The notes beneath the pieces are model-generated. The model ran no database searches, had not been told where the DNA came from, and saw nothing but the letters and a program-made list of their open reading frames with translations. DNA of 64,000 bases from the NCBI RefSeq assembly GCF_009914755.1, contig NC_060932.1. One strand, 5' to 3'. The position numbers were made by a program, and so were the translations under genes. Every line of letters starts with the position of its first letter. Positions within the stretch are counted from its first letter, which is position 1. The stretch comes from the human T2T-CHM13v2.0 reference genome, Homo sapiens. Shown here piece after piece: positions 31,230 through 48,325 of this stretch.

Positions 31230-34200
31230 GATACTTTTAGATGAATGTTGGACTTTGTATATAAAATACTTACAAAGCCTCTGAATAATATTATTTTGTT
31301 TCAGAGAGAGTATAATCTTTTTTTTTCTAGTTGGCAGAAAAGTGATGGGAAGATTACCTTGATTTAATCAAGACTGGTCTATTTTCAGATTGCCCTCTTC
31401 TAGTATATAGCCCTCTAGTGTCTCATTCAAAGCCAGGGGTTTTAACAAGGACATCTTCTCCTTCTTGGCACTATCAATTTATTAAACAGAGTTTGAAAAT
31501 GTTCTCGACATCAGGGATAAAATTATTAAAGTAACAGTCCTTTTCTTCAAGGGACTCGAAATTAGACACAGACTCTAACACACCTGTGATCCAATAGCAA
31601 AACTGTTCAGTTTTATGGCAGTTCGGGAGATAGTTTGAAGTCCCTCACATCCCCATGTTTTAAATCTTTTCTCCAGATTCTGAAATTTAAAAATATTTAT
31701 CTTCTCAGACTCTTTTGCTGGTAGTGATGATCATGTGGCCTTGTTCCAACCAATGACGTATTTAGAGATATTCTCTGTAGAGGGCTTGACTTTTACAGAA
31801 ACAGACAATATCTCAGTAGCAGAAGGTTTTTGGCTCTTCCCATTCTTTCTGCTAGAACACAGGCTGTAACCATATTGTTAACATGTAGCACAAAAAGAGA
31901 TGTTGTACCATAAAGACAGCAAGAGCCCACTTTCTGAACTACATCGGTGAATTGGACCAGTTACCTTCAGACTTTATACACATAAATTGAATCAACCTTG
32001 GATTTCTTTAAGCCATGAAACTATAAGACTTGAATGTATTCTTACTCAGAACAGGGGACTAGGAGGAAGGAACAACTAGTTTTGCTGGTAGAAATTATAA
32101 AGAAGTGTAGAGGGAGTGAAGCTACATGAAAAATGTAGTATACTATCTAAGTATAGAAGAATAAGCAGGACTTTTTATATGGTGATGGTAGGAAGTGGGG
32201 TGGTAATCTATATTTGGAGCACCACATTGAAGCATTAACTTAGTAACAAAAACACAAGGTTGAAATGAAGAGAATGTGATAGATTTATATGAGACAGGAG
32301 GCTGGGAAGTAATCTGGTGTCACATTTTGCAAGAGGCTTGATTTTTATTCATCAGAATCTCCTTCTAACTTCACTAGGATGCCATTGGGATTTTTAAGTA
32401 GGAATTTATATAATCTGTGTTTCACCCAAATAACTCGTGAAAATAGATTGGTGGTATGAGTATAGGAAGGGTTTGATGCTGGTGACTTATGCCAGGTATG
32501 CTTAGTTCAGTGGCTTCAGAACTTGTATATTGAAATGATGTAACATAAATGCAACTCTTCAGTAATATAATTTTAATATATTCTATAAACCTCCATATGG
32601 CATGAGCCTTTGATATTTTTAGAGGGATATCTATATCTATGTACAACCACAGAGGGTAAAATCAACAAGAGTCCTCCTGTTTAGAGTCTCAAGGCCTTTA
32701 GTCAGTTGCACTATTTTATTTTTCTCTTGACCTGACAGAACTCCAGTTCATTGAACTTCTGGGCACAAAACTAGAGACATCTGTTCCGTTGAACTTTTCA
32801 CAATTGATATGTTAATTAAAAATGACTTTTGGCTTTTAACATTTTGTTTATTTTTCATAATATACATGCCCTGTGGCATTTCACAATGGGTGTTGTCTTA
32901 TAAATATCAAATATAAATAAACAAAGCAAGCAATTCATTATTACTTCTGGAATAAAAGCTGTACATGATGTAACTCTAAGATTTTTCTTTCACCTCTTTC
33001 TGGCCAGAATATTCTTGGATTTCCTCCAGAATAAAGATCAGCTCAGTGGGATTCATGCATCTGTCACATCTGGACTATCTCAATGCAGCCTAGTCAGTGT
33101 GCACAGAGGCAATGCGAAGGTTGTAGATTGCATAAAGTGTGACAGCCTGCCTATATTTTGCAGCCAAAAGCACAAGCATATTATCCAATTTCCTACTTTC
33201 AAATGCAGGATTCTGATACATTATTTTGATTACACAAACACCAACCACCAAACAATCAGGACAAATTTAGGCCAAGCTAGAAACCATTCAACAACCCTGT
33301 AGAAGGCAGGAGAAAGTAGACCCCTACCCCTTCCTTTGGAATCATGGCTTTTAAACAAAGATGATACATAGCTTGTGAGAAAAAATAGTAGCGCTATACA
33401 TAATAATAGAATAACATTGCAGAACAACAGAAACTACAATGAACTTGCCTGAGTATGTGTATGACCTGCTTGGAGGTTTTCCTCTATTTTTTTTCCTATC
33501 TAGACTCTGAAAGGGGCTATCCGGTTCTAAAAATGCTGAAGTTGGAGGAAGGGAGATCTGAGAAATAGTTGCTGTATATTTGACAATAGAATATTGGAAA
33601 AATGAGGGTTGGTGATATTTTATAGACATAGATAGATATAGATGTAGATACAGATATATGCCATGTTCCCAAAGGGCTACTTTTCATACCTCAAGATTAA
33701 GCATGATGCTTTATATTTCAAGATAGACACATAAGTACTACAGTCTGTCTGATAATACATATTTATAGATAACATTGTATATCAAGCTGAAAAATAATAA
33801 AATTTAACATTATTAGAGGAACCAAAATGATGTTTTATGCATAATTCTGTTGTAATTCTAACAGTAAAAGAAAGCAAATCTGAATTTACTGATTCATTTA
33901 ATTCTCACTGTAATAGCAAAAAAACTGAATTACAAAAATAACTTGTTACAAAAATAAATGATGATACGAGATTTAATTATTCTAAATTTAATAAAACATA
34001 TTAATAGGATATTTTTTAAATGGTTATAGTTTAGAAAGGATGAATATCAAACAACCAACAAGTTACTTGTTCATAAATGTTAGATTAAAATGTCAAAAGT
34101 AACCACTTATGTGTCTAAGATTTTATCTGTAGTCTTTAACAGACTTATATAGAACACTTACATTTAGAAAAGCTTTTCTTAAATTCTCAGGAATAAGAGA

Positions 34201-34329
34201 ATTAAAAATAAATAAGAAAATTCCATCTCTTTAGTGGATTTCATAATCTATTTGAGGATAAAGTTATGTAATACCTTAATGGAGTTAAAATTTGGGCCAC
34301 ACTGATGTATACTTTAGTTGTTTTCTTGC

Positions 34330-34580
34330 CTGTGGGAGTAATTTTCTTGATCATCCACAAAACTGCTAGAAAGTCTACTAAATGGTTTACATCTATTATT
34401 TTTTTAAACTCCATGACAATCCTATGAAACATAGAGAATCATGATTCCCGTTTTGAAGATGATGAAACTGAGACTCAGAAAGATGAGGATTTATCCAAAG
34501 CTGCACAGCTGGCAGGGCTGGAAATGACACCTAAAGCCATGCTTGTCTGTCTGATTTTAGACACAATGCTTTTAACCTCT
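34330..34580 (-). mobile_element. MIR
   Basis: cccgttttgaagatgatgaaactgagactcagaaag...ccaaagctgcacagct. Confidence 0.75.
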
Positions 34581-34732
34581 ACAAATTCATTCTCTGTACT
34601 GTTTCCAAAGAAAACTGTCTAAATAAACACCTCTGATTATGACACCTTCTATGTTTTACATTTTTTTCCTGTGACTGTTCTTTGCTTATAGAATCAAAAC
34701 TAAATTTCTTAACACGGTATAAAAACAGATAA

Positions 34733-35233
<501 letters not shown>

Positions 35234-35801
35234 TGACATAGACTTATCCTTTAGAATAAGCTCCAGTGTCACTGGCATTAGTGAGACTTTGCTGAGCCTT
35301 GAAGTTACTGACCACTGATCACCTTCCCCATTTGCTTCTACATCATCTACATCATATGATGCAAATATTTATTGGGATGTTTTAATTTGCATATTTTCCC
35401 CTACTGTCACCAGACTATAAACTCTCTGAGAGTACGGTTTTACATGTTTAGTTCTGTTATTCCTGTATATGGCACATAATAAAATACATAGTAAATGTTT
35501 TTAAATCAATAAATTAATGATTTACTTTATAGATGAAAAAATTATTACCCATGGGTCTGGGTTACATATAGTGAGATATATAAGAGCAGCTCATATTGCT
35601 TACAGAGTACATGCAATACATGATTATAGATGATTTAGAAAGTCTTATATAGACTTGCATATTGTTAAATGCCTATCACTTCTAAAACCCATTTATTCAT
35701 ATCCATAGCTTATATGTGAAAGTCCAAGTGACTTAGTTGTTACTAAAAGCCCCTGCCAATTTCTCCAGCATTTGCTCCTGCTATTTATTCTTCTTTATGT
35801 T

Positions 35802-36127
35802 TGTATTAGGAAAGAGATTTAATTGACTCACAGTTCCACATGGCTAGGGAGGCCTCAGGAAACTTACAAACATGGCAGAAGGGGAAGCAAACATGTTCTT
35901 ATTCACAAAGCAGTAGGAGAGAGAAATGCTGAGCAAAGATGAAAGAGCACTTTATAAAACCATCAGAGCTCATAAGAACTCACTCACTATCATGAGAGCA
36001 GCATGGGGGAACTGCCCCCATGATCCAATTACCTTCTACAAGGTCCCTCCCTCAACACGTGGAGTTTACCATTCAGATTACAATTCAAGATGAGATTTGG
36101 GTGGGGACACAGAGCCAGACCATATCA
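35802..36127 (-). mobile_element. THE1D/MST (MaLR) solo LTR with a small internal deletion
   Basis: tgtattag...gactcacagttccacatggctagggaggcctcagg...ggggacacagagccagaccatatca; TSD atgtt/atgct. Confidence 0.88.
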
Positions 36128-36451
36128 ATGCTCTACTCATGCTGAATTGCTTGAAATTTCCTAAATACACCAAATTATTTCACACTTCTATGCCTTGCCT
36201 ATGTTCCATTCTCTCATCAGCCTAAGTTCGTCTTTGAAATCCTGCCTATGTGAAACTTTATCTCAGAAGTCTTTCTTTTCCAATGCCCTCAGCACCCTTT
36301 GCTCCATGACACCCACTTGCTGTGAAGGTTTTGCTGTTTCTTATCTGTTATATTCTGCATTTGTCCCTGACATATAATTTAAATTTATATATCAGTTGTA
36401 TGTAACCATTTCTTTCTACTAAAATATAAGCTGCTTGGAGAAATGTTTTAA

Positions 36452-38341
<1,890 letters not shown>

Positions 38342-38586
38342 TTAAGTACAGGAAAAACATCTTCCTCTTTATATCTCTAACTTCTACTAATGTGTTAGCA
38401 TGAGGTAAATGTAAAAGTCAACCTGGTACACCTGTCGTATTTTGTAAGCAGAGGTAATTACTATAAGTTTAAGACTGTTATTTTAACATAAAAACTAAGT
38501 TGATTTTATTTAGAATTATCAAAGTACAAACCAGGACATTTCTTCTAGTAATGCATTTATATATCAGTTATGCATTTAAAAAAAAA

Positions 38587-38810
38587 ACCTCATCTCTACT
38601 AAAAATACAAAAATTAGCTGTGCATGATGGCACACGCGTGTAGTCCCAGCTACTTGGGAGGGTGAGGCAGGAGAGGTTGCAGCGAGAGGAGAGGTTGCAG
38701 TGAGCAAAGATTGTGCCACTGCACTCCAGCCTAGCAACAGAGCGAGACTCTGTCTCAAAAAAAAAATAAAAATAATAAATAAGTAAATAATAAAATAAAA
38801 TAAAATAAAA
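38587..38810 (+). mobile_element. 5'-truncated AluS with internal rearrangement
   Basis: Starts at aacctcatctctactaaaaataca; ggagaggttgcag occurs twice. Confidence 0.85.
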
Positions 38811-39965
38811 AGTACACAATCTGAGGATACATGTTCTCAGAACAATTAACATTGAGTTGGTTTGGTTTCCTGTCTTGAACAAGAAAATCACATAATTCAC
38901 CCACGAAATCTTTTTGTTGTCCTTATGAGCAATTTATTTGACAGTGTGTCTTTAGAAACCTATATTTTCATTATCAAACTTTCAAGTTGCATGTTCCTAG
39001 AACTTGTCAATGTCTGTCAACTGGTCCGTTTAAGGTGGGAAATGGGACTGGAAGGTGTTAGAAGATAGCAATTTTTATTTTTATTTCATATATTTTTATA
39101 TTTTTGAAACCCTTATAATATATACTTATATTATTATTGTGGTAAATATAGAAAATAAATAGTATATCTGACTGAACATGGTTCGACAGCTGTTTACAAA
39201 TTGAATCCCTTAGAAAATATTTTATTATAAAAAATATGTTTTGACATAATTTGGGGTTAAAAAAAGTTTTCTTTATAGACCATCTTTAATACTCTTGTCT
39301 AGAGAGATACGGTAACTTTTTCCAAAATTATGACTTACATGTTTCAATGATAAAATACACAGACACAACTGAGTTAAAATCTAAGGTCCTCCTGGCTCCC
39401 TAATATTTTCCCCTCCAACACAAAATAAAGTAAAATATTTCTACTAGAAACATCCATGTACAGAAATAACGATAAGCATATTGTTCAATGGTTCAGACAT
39501 ATATTTCTTTTTCCACATTCACAATGAATTTGGAAATATTAACAGATATTATCTGAATAAAATACATTACTATACTGTTTTGTCTACCATTTTGTGTATG
39601 GTTCCTTTTTAAGTTATCTGAAAAATTTGTACAGGAGTACTAGTAATTTCTTTAATCCTGACTCTCTTTTATCAATAATTTCTTAATTTAAATGTTTCAA
39701 AGCCACATTTCCAATGATTGATAATTATTTATTTATTATTAATAAATAATATTTTTTTAGCCTTGAATTTCTTTCTTACACCTCTGTTTCTTAGGTCTTT
39801 CAATGCTCTATTTTCTCACTTTGATTTTTTTAATGGTTTTATTTTTTACAGTTTTTATATGCCTACATTTTTTATTTTCAATTTATAATGCCATGTAAGT
39901 TGGGTAAATAGCCTTCAATATTATATTAATGCATCATTGCTCATTGTTGCAGATAAATGGTCTGA

Positions 39966-40301
<336 letters not shown>

Positions 40302-40419
40302 ATTGTGGGTTCTTTGATGATAAAAGTTGAACTGTTTTTCCTCGTCTCTAAGAAATGTTCCAAATCCATAGTTCCACAGTTCCATCCTAAGTTTCAAAGC
40401 TTAGGAACATTTCTTTGGT

Positions 40420-40910
40420 GCCTATCATTCATTCATTTATTTAACAAGTAAGTACCTACTGTGTTCCAGTCAATGCTCTGAGCACAGAGAACATAGTAGG
40501 TAGCAAAACAGGGGAAGTGCCTGCAGTCTGGTGAAGGAAACTGACAATAAACACTTAACTAAATGGTTTTGATGATTTATGCATTTACCATTGTGGGGAT
40601 AAACGTAGTGGAGACCCAGAATGGAGTGCCCAGCACTGGAGGATTTTAGTTTATAAAATGTAAATGGGGAAGGCCTTATGGATATGCTGACATTGAGTAG
40701 AATCCTGAAGGAATTTAGTGAATGAGCCAAACATTTTAGGGAAAAATGTTTCAAAAAGAGGGAAGAGCCACATGCAAAGATTCACCTTTTATGTGACTTG
40801 AGAACATGGTAAACAAGTTTAAAGAATAGAATAAGCCAGTGTGGCTGGCACAGAATGAGCATAGATTAAAATGGAAGGAGATTAATTCAGAAAGGTAGTG
40901 GTGGCATGTG
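40420..40910 (-). mobile_element. L2 3' end
   Basis: cattcattcatttatttaacaag...cctactgtgttccag...gccagtgtggctggcacagaatgag. Confidence 0.75.
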
Positions 40911-43900
40911 AACACTTAGTCGTCATACTCTAACAGCTCTAATCTCTCTGTTATCTCTGGCACATGTGAAATGAATCTTGAATATCCTTGATTTACTTTT
41001 CACATTTCTAACTTTACTCTCATTCTTTTCATTTTGTTTTCTTTGCACTTTCTAATGTGTTGAGGTAAAACTTCAGTTCAGTCTTACAGTTTACCAGGGT
41101 GAATCATCAATAATATCAATTTTACTAATCATTCAATGTATAACAACATTGAAAATTTATCTAGTTGTGTTTTTAATATCTAAGAATAATATGTCAGGGA
41201 ATATGTCTATCATGCTCATGATTTTTTTTTGGTTCCTGAATTTATATCCATAATTGTAGATAACACTCTAGCTTGGTAGCTGAAGTGCTTATTTTTAACT
41301 CAGATGTTAACTTTGTAGAAAATCAAGAAATGCCAGTTCTGTGTATGGGAGCTTTAGCCCTGCTGCCATGTATAAGAAGTGGGTGGCAGGGGGAGGTTGC
41401 AGAGTTTACCCTTGTCATATAGCCTGGTTCTTGAGATTTCCTTGAGACATTTATGCAGAGTGGTGGTGACATGGTGGTTTAAATTCTGACATGCTACTCT
41501 GTGTCTCTGACACAAAACCTATTCTGGGCTTATTCTGAATTCAAACTCATTTATCATTCCAATTGTGGAATTATTTAACTTTATTCTGAAGATTCATACT
41601 GAAGTCAGCACTCTGAGCATGAATAAATATTTGCAGATGCCACCTAATATATTCATTAACTGGCTGATCTCCCAAGCAAATATTTCTTCTCTAGGAAAAG
41701 TATTATTTTTCCTATCTAACATTGCAAAATGAAATTATCATTATCTTTATCAGATTCCATGTGTGTTCTGTCTTATACAACATCTTACTGGTCTGTTCTC
41801 CCCTCCTTTGCAACATGCTATCATTTTGATTTTATATTAGTACATTTTCTTCCATTTCAATGAAATCTGGGTGTGGACCAATAGTCAAAACTTGTATTCT
41901 GCTAGCCATGTCAAATTGGAGGTATCTCAATGCATATTTTCCCTACCTAAGAATTATGCACCCTCTCCAGCTTGGGGTTCATGAACAATAGATATCAAGG
42001 ACTAATTAAGCAGGAACACTTATATACTTGAGGAAGCTTTTCTTTGGATATGGTTATGAGTGGAAATGTACACTTGTCATTTCTTTAAGTGTAAGCATGT
42101 GTCAATTAAAATGGCAAAGATTGACATCTAATTTTTTCTGTGTTGTTCACTGGTACTCACTTTTCCCATTTTCATTCAGAGTTCCTAATATAAATAAGCA
42201 AATCAATTTATTTTTATTCACAGCAGCAAAACATTGGTTAAATATGTTAATCTGAATACAGATGGGATTTAATACTAGGTTTTGCAAACACATACAATTA
42301 TTTACTTAAATGGTATATTTTTTGGAAACTACAAGCATATTTTCCAAAGTTTCTTCCACATTATCAAATGATATGTAGGTACAGTTCTCAGAGAAGCAAA
42401 GTTCTTGGATCATAGAATTTTGAGAATTTTATCTATTACTTTCACTGTCTTTACTGTACAAAAAAATAAGTTTAAAATAATTTACTGCACATAAAATGCC
42501 TGGTAATCCAAATCCTAATAACTCTATGTCATATATATATGTATATATGTGTATATTCCTGAGAAATGGAGGTTACCAAATTCCATGAGATAACAATGTC
42601 ATCATTCTTTCAAAAGAATATATGTAATGAATATTAACAAAATATATGTTTATTCAGAATTCTATGAGAGATCTGAGGTTCACAGATTTCAGTATTGTGG
42701 TATGTTCTTTTTACTGCATCATTTCTATGTTAAAAATGATATCATAAATGCCAAGTACATAGTTTCTCATTCCACGTGTATTTTTCTGGTTAGAAATAGC
42801 ACAGGCGTTTTAGAGGGAGGAACCAGTAATTTAATTGGAAATATCAGTGTATTGATTGAAACAAAGAAAGATGCTCAGAATAGAGAAAATAAGATGGATT
42901 ACATTATATCCATCATCTGTATTTTAGAATCTCTCATGCAGAAGGTATCAATGTATTCGTTTTCCTAGATCACAGAATAAGGACTAATGGTTAAAAGTCC
43001 TGTGATGTTTGACTTCAAGTAACCATAGACAGCATTTTATAGAACCTATATATCCAGCACTGGCCCATGCTCACCTGTGAAGTAGTAACACCCTATCGTT
43101 TGGAAGTGTTCAAGCTGGTACTGGAATGCCATATGTCAGGACTATTATAGAGGGAATTCAAATACTATAGTGCTAGAGTAAGTTATATCTAAGATTTGGT
43201 TTCAAATATTATATTTTCCCAAATTTTTCTTCTGTACAAATACCAGGGTTAAAAGTCATGTATCTTGTTTCAGGTTAGAGTAATTATTTTAAAAGCTACT
43301 TGGTGTTTTGCTTTTGCTGAACAAAAGATTCTACTGTATTTTGTTAAGTAACTTCTCTGTCTCTTTTTTGTCTCTGTGTCTCTCTATGCCTTTTTGTCTG
43401 TCTTATTCATTAACTATACTCTGAATGAGCTTCTTTATAAAATCAAAGAAATAGTACAATACAATTTTATTATTATTTACAACTTTTTAATCTGTCAGAC
43501 AGTGCAACAGCTTTGTTGGAACATGAATGCTATGTTTAGATGATCAGAATCTATCCTTCTGTTATTATATTTCACTCACCAATTACTGTAAATTTTAAAA
43601 AGTGCATATGCAATTACTGTTTTATTTATTTTCCTCCAGGTGCCTCATGTTTTTCAGAGACCATATTTTGTGATAGACTTGGAATCATAGGTGATGACTG
43701 AACCACTTTAAATAGGAATAAAATTATTTAACTAACATTTGCTACCTAAGAGTAGAATCAATATCTTCAGCTCTAGATTATTTCATAGTTCCTCTAGGGT
43801 TATTTAAATAAGAATTGGAGAAATAGCATGTTAAATAAGAATTTGAGGAAAAGCATGTTGTATGAAAATGCCTTATGTAAAGAACTTCGTATAACAAAAT

Positions 43901-45099
43901 TTGAACAAAGCTATTACAACATGTCATCTGCCAAAAAAAGACATTTGTTACTTTAAAATATCAATGTTGATTAGAATTTATCCATTTTTTTAATGGCTTA
44001 TGTTTTATTTTGTAAAAACAACCCATTGTTTAACATGAACTTTGCAAAAATTTATTCATCTCTACTTTTATATGATCAACTGTAAACTATTATTGCAGTT
44101 GACAGAGACATAGAAACAACAGTGTGACACAAACTAGCTACTTGCTCATTTAAATCTTTTTCCTTTTCTTCTGAACAAACTGCTAATTTCATTTTCTGGA
44201 TTTCCTTGCGGTTTCCAGATTCCTTACTTATGATCATTCATTCTGCTTCTTCCTTTGTTTAAGCCTGGAGGCAGAGGATCTGGAGGAGGCCTCTGAAATA
44301 AAGGAGATGTTAGACAAAAAGAACGTGGATCCATGAATGGCTATTTTAAAAAGGGGCCCTTAAATACCTATTCAAAGCAGGAATATCCCTGCCAACCTAC
44401 AATGGTCTGACATTAGCAGGAAATAAACATTACTGGAGTTTGTTTTGTTATAGATCTTAGCCCATTATTTCTAATAGAAGTCATATAATGCATAACTTTT
44501 ATTGAACTGTATGGGAAAACATCATCAGTATTCAACATTAAAACATGAAATACCTACTTTTAGTGTAATTGATCTGGTTTTAAACAAGATATTTGTCTTT
44601 AGCTCACCTGAGAATTTCTCATAGATAAAAAAACACATTTATCTCTTTGTGGTATCTGACATATATTGGGAAATAAATAATTCCTTTAATTAAATTATTA
44701 AGTATGATAACTAAAGCCCAAGAACCAATCAAATGACAATTCAAAGTAGCAGATAGATGCAAAAAAGCAGTGGATTATCAACCTCAGAAACTCCTCAGGC
44801 TCAACAACATTTGAAATAGGCAACAAGGAAGTGATGGTAAAATAATAATCACAAAAATTTATCTCATTATATCAGTTATAAAAGATAACATGCTCTGTAG
44901 TCTGGAGAGATGGCAACAGGAATCACACCTGATGATTCTGCTAGTGGGTAATGTGCACAAAACTAGTCAGGTAATACTTAATAATTTCCATATTATACTA
45001 AATTTTAAGAAAGATTTGCTTCTTAAATTTGAATTCCCATTATAGTTGTTGCAAATAATTTGACACTAGGCTTTATATATTCTCTTGATATATAAATTA

Positions 45100-45517
<418 letters not shown>

Positions 45518-46095
45518 TTAATGACTGTTATATTTATTATAATAATTATTATGAAATATATATAATGTTTAATTTCAAATGTGGAGAAAAATGAAAAACA
45601 ATTATGTTTTATCCCAAATAGGTTCCCAGTCGAACAGATTGTCATGTTGAGCAGATATGACATAATTCCTTCTAAATTGTGTAAGATTGCAGTAGATGGA
45701 AAATAGACCTTTTCTTCAAGTTTTCAGGGGTAAAATGTGCTTTATCATTGAGTTGGCAAGCAACTAATTTATTTGTGTCCAAGCTTTTCTAATGATTCAC
45801 TATATATCTTTACATCTATCAAAATTTGTCTTATTTTATCTTTATAAAACAAAAATATTTTCTCCACTGGAAATAAAATGTAAGAAATGACAAAATAAGT
45901 AAGTCATCAAAATAATATAGAGCCATCACAAATATACATAAGATTTATTTCTCTGAGTCAATCCCATTTAAATTGTTTACATGTATTAACAAAGGAATTG
46001 GAATTGTTAGATAAGTGCCGTAAGACCTAAAATGTAAATAGCTCTGTTATAAAGTCTCAGTTGATTTTTTTTCATGATTAGCTTTCTTTCAGCCA

Positions 46096-46406
46096 TATAT
46101 ATGTGTATATACATATATATATGGAATGCGTTGGAAATATATATATGTGTATATACATATATATATACACATATGTGTGTATACAAATATATACTTATAT
46201 GTGTGTATACAAATATATACATATGTGTGTATACAAATATATGCATATGTGTGTATACAAATATGCATATGTGTATACAAATGTATGCATATATGTATAT
46301 ACAAATGTACGCATATATGTATATACAAATATATGCATACATATATGTATATACAAATATATACATATATACATAAATATGTATATATAAATATGTATGT
46401 ATACAT
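46096..46406. repeat. Degenerate TA/CA/TG minisatellite (~22-26 bp unit, e.g. tatatacatatgtgtgtatacaaa)
   Basis: About 8-10 copies of tatacaaat..., nearly all alternating purine-pyrimidine. Explains the stacked Y/I/C/M-rich ORFs. Confidence 0.92.
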
Positions 46407-46469
46407 AAGCAACAACAACAAAAAAAGTGTAGGAGTGCTTACTCTTTGGTTTCCTACCTTTTCTTCCTT

Positions 46470-47150
46470 CGCTGTGTGATTCAGTCTTAAGGTCACGAGG
46501 GGAGAGGGTTTGCAAGCAAGGAAGGGTGCCTTGATGGACTTCAGGGCAGGATGTGGAGGCCCATGCACGACGAGGTGGCATCACCTGGGAAGGCTTCTTG
46601 GCACAGGTGTTGGCAGAGTGGCAGCCAGACAGAGACCTGGAGTGTCCGAACATGCACAGAGTAAGGGAGAGGGGGTCTGCTGGGCAGGGAGCGGGATTGG
46701 GCGGGGAGGTGGAGGGGCTGGTACTGGGTGTTCAAGCTGAGCAGTTTGAGGTGGTTGCAGCGCGAAAAAGGCAGAAGACCTGTCCACGCACGAGTGTGCA
46801 GAAGTTCTGCGCAGTTATGGAGTCTGTGTAGTGTAAGCAGGGAGTCTGCATAGCTACAGGGTGGGAAAGTGCAACTACTGGGAAGGGGGCTTATGCAGGA
46901 TATCAAACCTGATGGAGTGAGAAGGTTGTCTGAAGGGGTATCGCCAGGAGTGGGTTGTAAATATTCAAGCCTGGTGAGGACGGTGAGTCCATAGTGTGGT
47001 TTAAGCATAATGTGGGTGCCCAAGCTTGAGTTTGTTTAGGAGGTACTCTGCATAGGGAAGGAGCAGTAACAGTGATAGCAAATTGGTTACATACAGGAAG
47101 ATTAATCAAATAACTGAGTATATTAGAAATAACTTGAGCCAGGTTACTCA
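46470..47150 (-). mobile_element. GC-rich LTR-like segment (MER74/MER73-like ERVL)
   Basis: The - strand begins tgagtaacctggctcaagttatttctaatatactcagttatttgattaatcttcctgtatgtaaccaat, resembling MER74-family 5' ends. Sharp GC rise against the flanks. Confidence 0.5.
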
Positions 47151-48325
47151 TTATTAGAGAAATGAGTTATATAGAAAAGAATAAAAGTAAGGAAGTAAAA
47201 GAAAGCCAGAATGAACCCTGTAGTAATGCATTGGACTTATCAGTATTGCTGGATATGTGTGGACATGCTGTGTACTCTTTCTACCCATTAAGAGGGCTTG
47301 GGGTTAGTGGCCCTCCACAGCAGCGACAGCACACCTAGTAAACCACCTCTTGGATTCTGAATAACATTCTCTACTATGAAGAACTGGGGCTTCCCGAAGT
47401 AATGGCTGATTCAAGTTCTGGGGCAGGGAAAATAAAACATGAAGTATTTTCATGTTCCAAAAAGTAAGGAAATACTCAACAAATGATGGGAATATGTCAA
47501 CAGGACACATAAACCAGCTGGAAGGTTTTATTCTAGACACCTCTAGTTGAGCACCAAAATAAATAATTTTGAATTATAATCCTTTGGATAAAATTAAAAC
47601 ACATTATTCCAAACTCATAAATAAATGAATGAATAAATGGAACATTTGAAGATAAATGGGATATTTACATAATTTCAAAGTAACTCCCCATGAACTATGT
47701 ACTCATTCCAAGGAGATGAAAGCAGCATTACAGTGGAGAAGCCTGGCAGAAATCTTCTTCACCAATTTATCAAAGCTAGCATCACTAAGAATGGGATAAA
47801 TTGAAATTCCACTAACTCTTGACACTATGCAATGAGAACTCAGAATCAAATCACTTCAGTTATATTTCTGTCAAAGATGTGTAACCCAAGTCTGATGACC
47901 AGGAAATATCGAACTATCCTAAAATAAAGAATATTCTACAAAATAACTGTGCTGTAATTCTCAAAAACATCAAACTCATGAAAGTCAAGGAAGGACTGTA
48001 TAGAACAGTTCCAGATTAAAGGAATTTAAGAGACATGAGAACAAGATGCAGCACTTGATTCTGAATTGGATCCTTTACTTATAAATCACAGTATTGGGGC
48101 AATTGGCAAAATTCAATTGGGATCTAAGAATTAAATGATATCAGTTAATTTTCTGATTTTGACACTTGTGCTGAGTGTATGTAGGAGAATGTCACTTGTC
48201 GGAAATACTAAAGCATTTGGGAATGATGAGGTATCATGTGAGAAACTTACTCTCAAATGTTTCAAGAAAAAAATGTTCTGTTAGCATATCTTTTCAGTGA
48301 ATTTGAGATAATTGGAAAGAAAAAA
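47151..48325 (+). mobile_element. L1MC/L1MD-type 3'UTR
   Basis: agaatgaaccctgtag; acagtggagaagcctggcaga; ttccagattaaaggaatttaagagacatga; aacttactctcaaatgtttcaag. Confidence 0.75.

Noticed and set aside
32980-33302. Good acceptor followed by a 95-aa ORF
   Set aside because: No good donor, phase incompatible with the coding exons, no recognisable homology.
46096-46406. Repeat array as CRISPR-like
   Set aside because: No unique spacers; low-complexity tandem units in primate DNA.
46007-46653. Six overlapping Y/I/C/M-rich ORFs
   Set aside because: Artefact of the stop-poor TA/CA/TG repeat.
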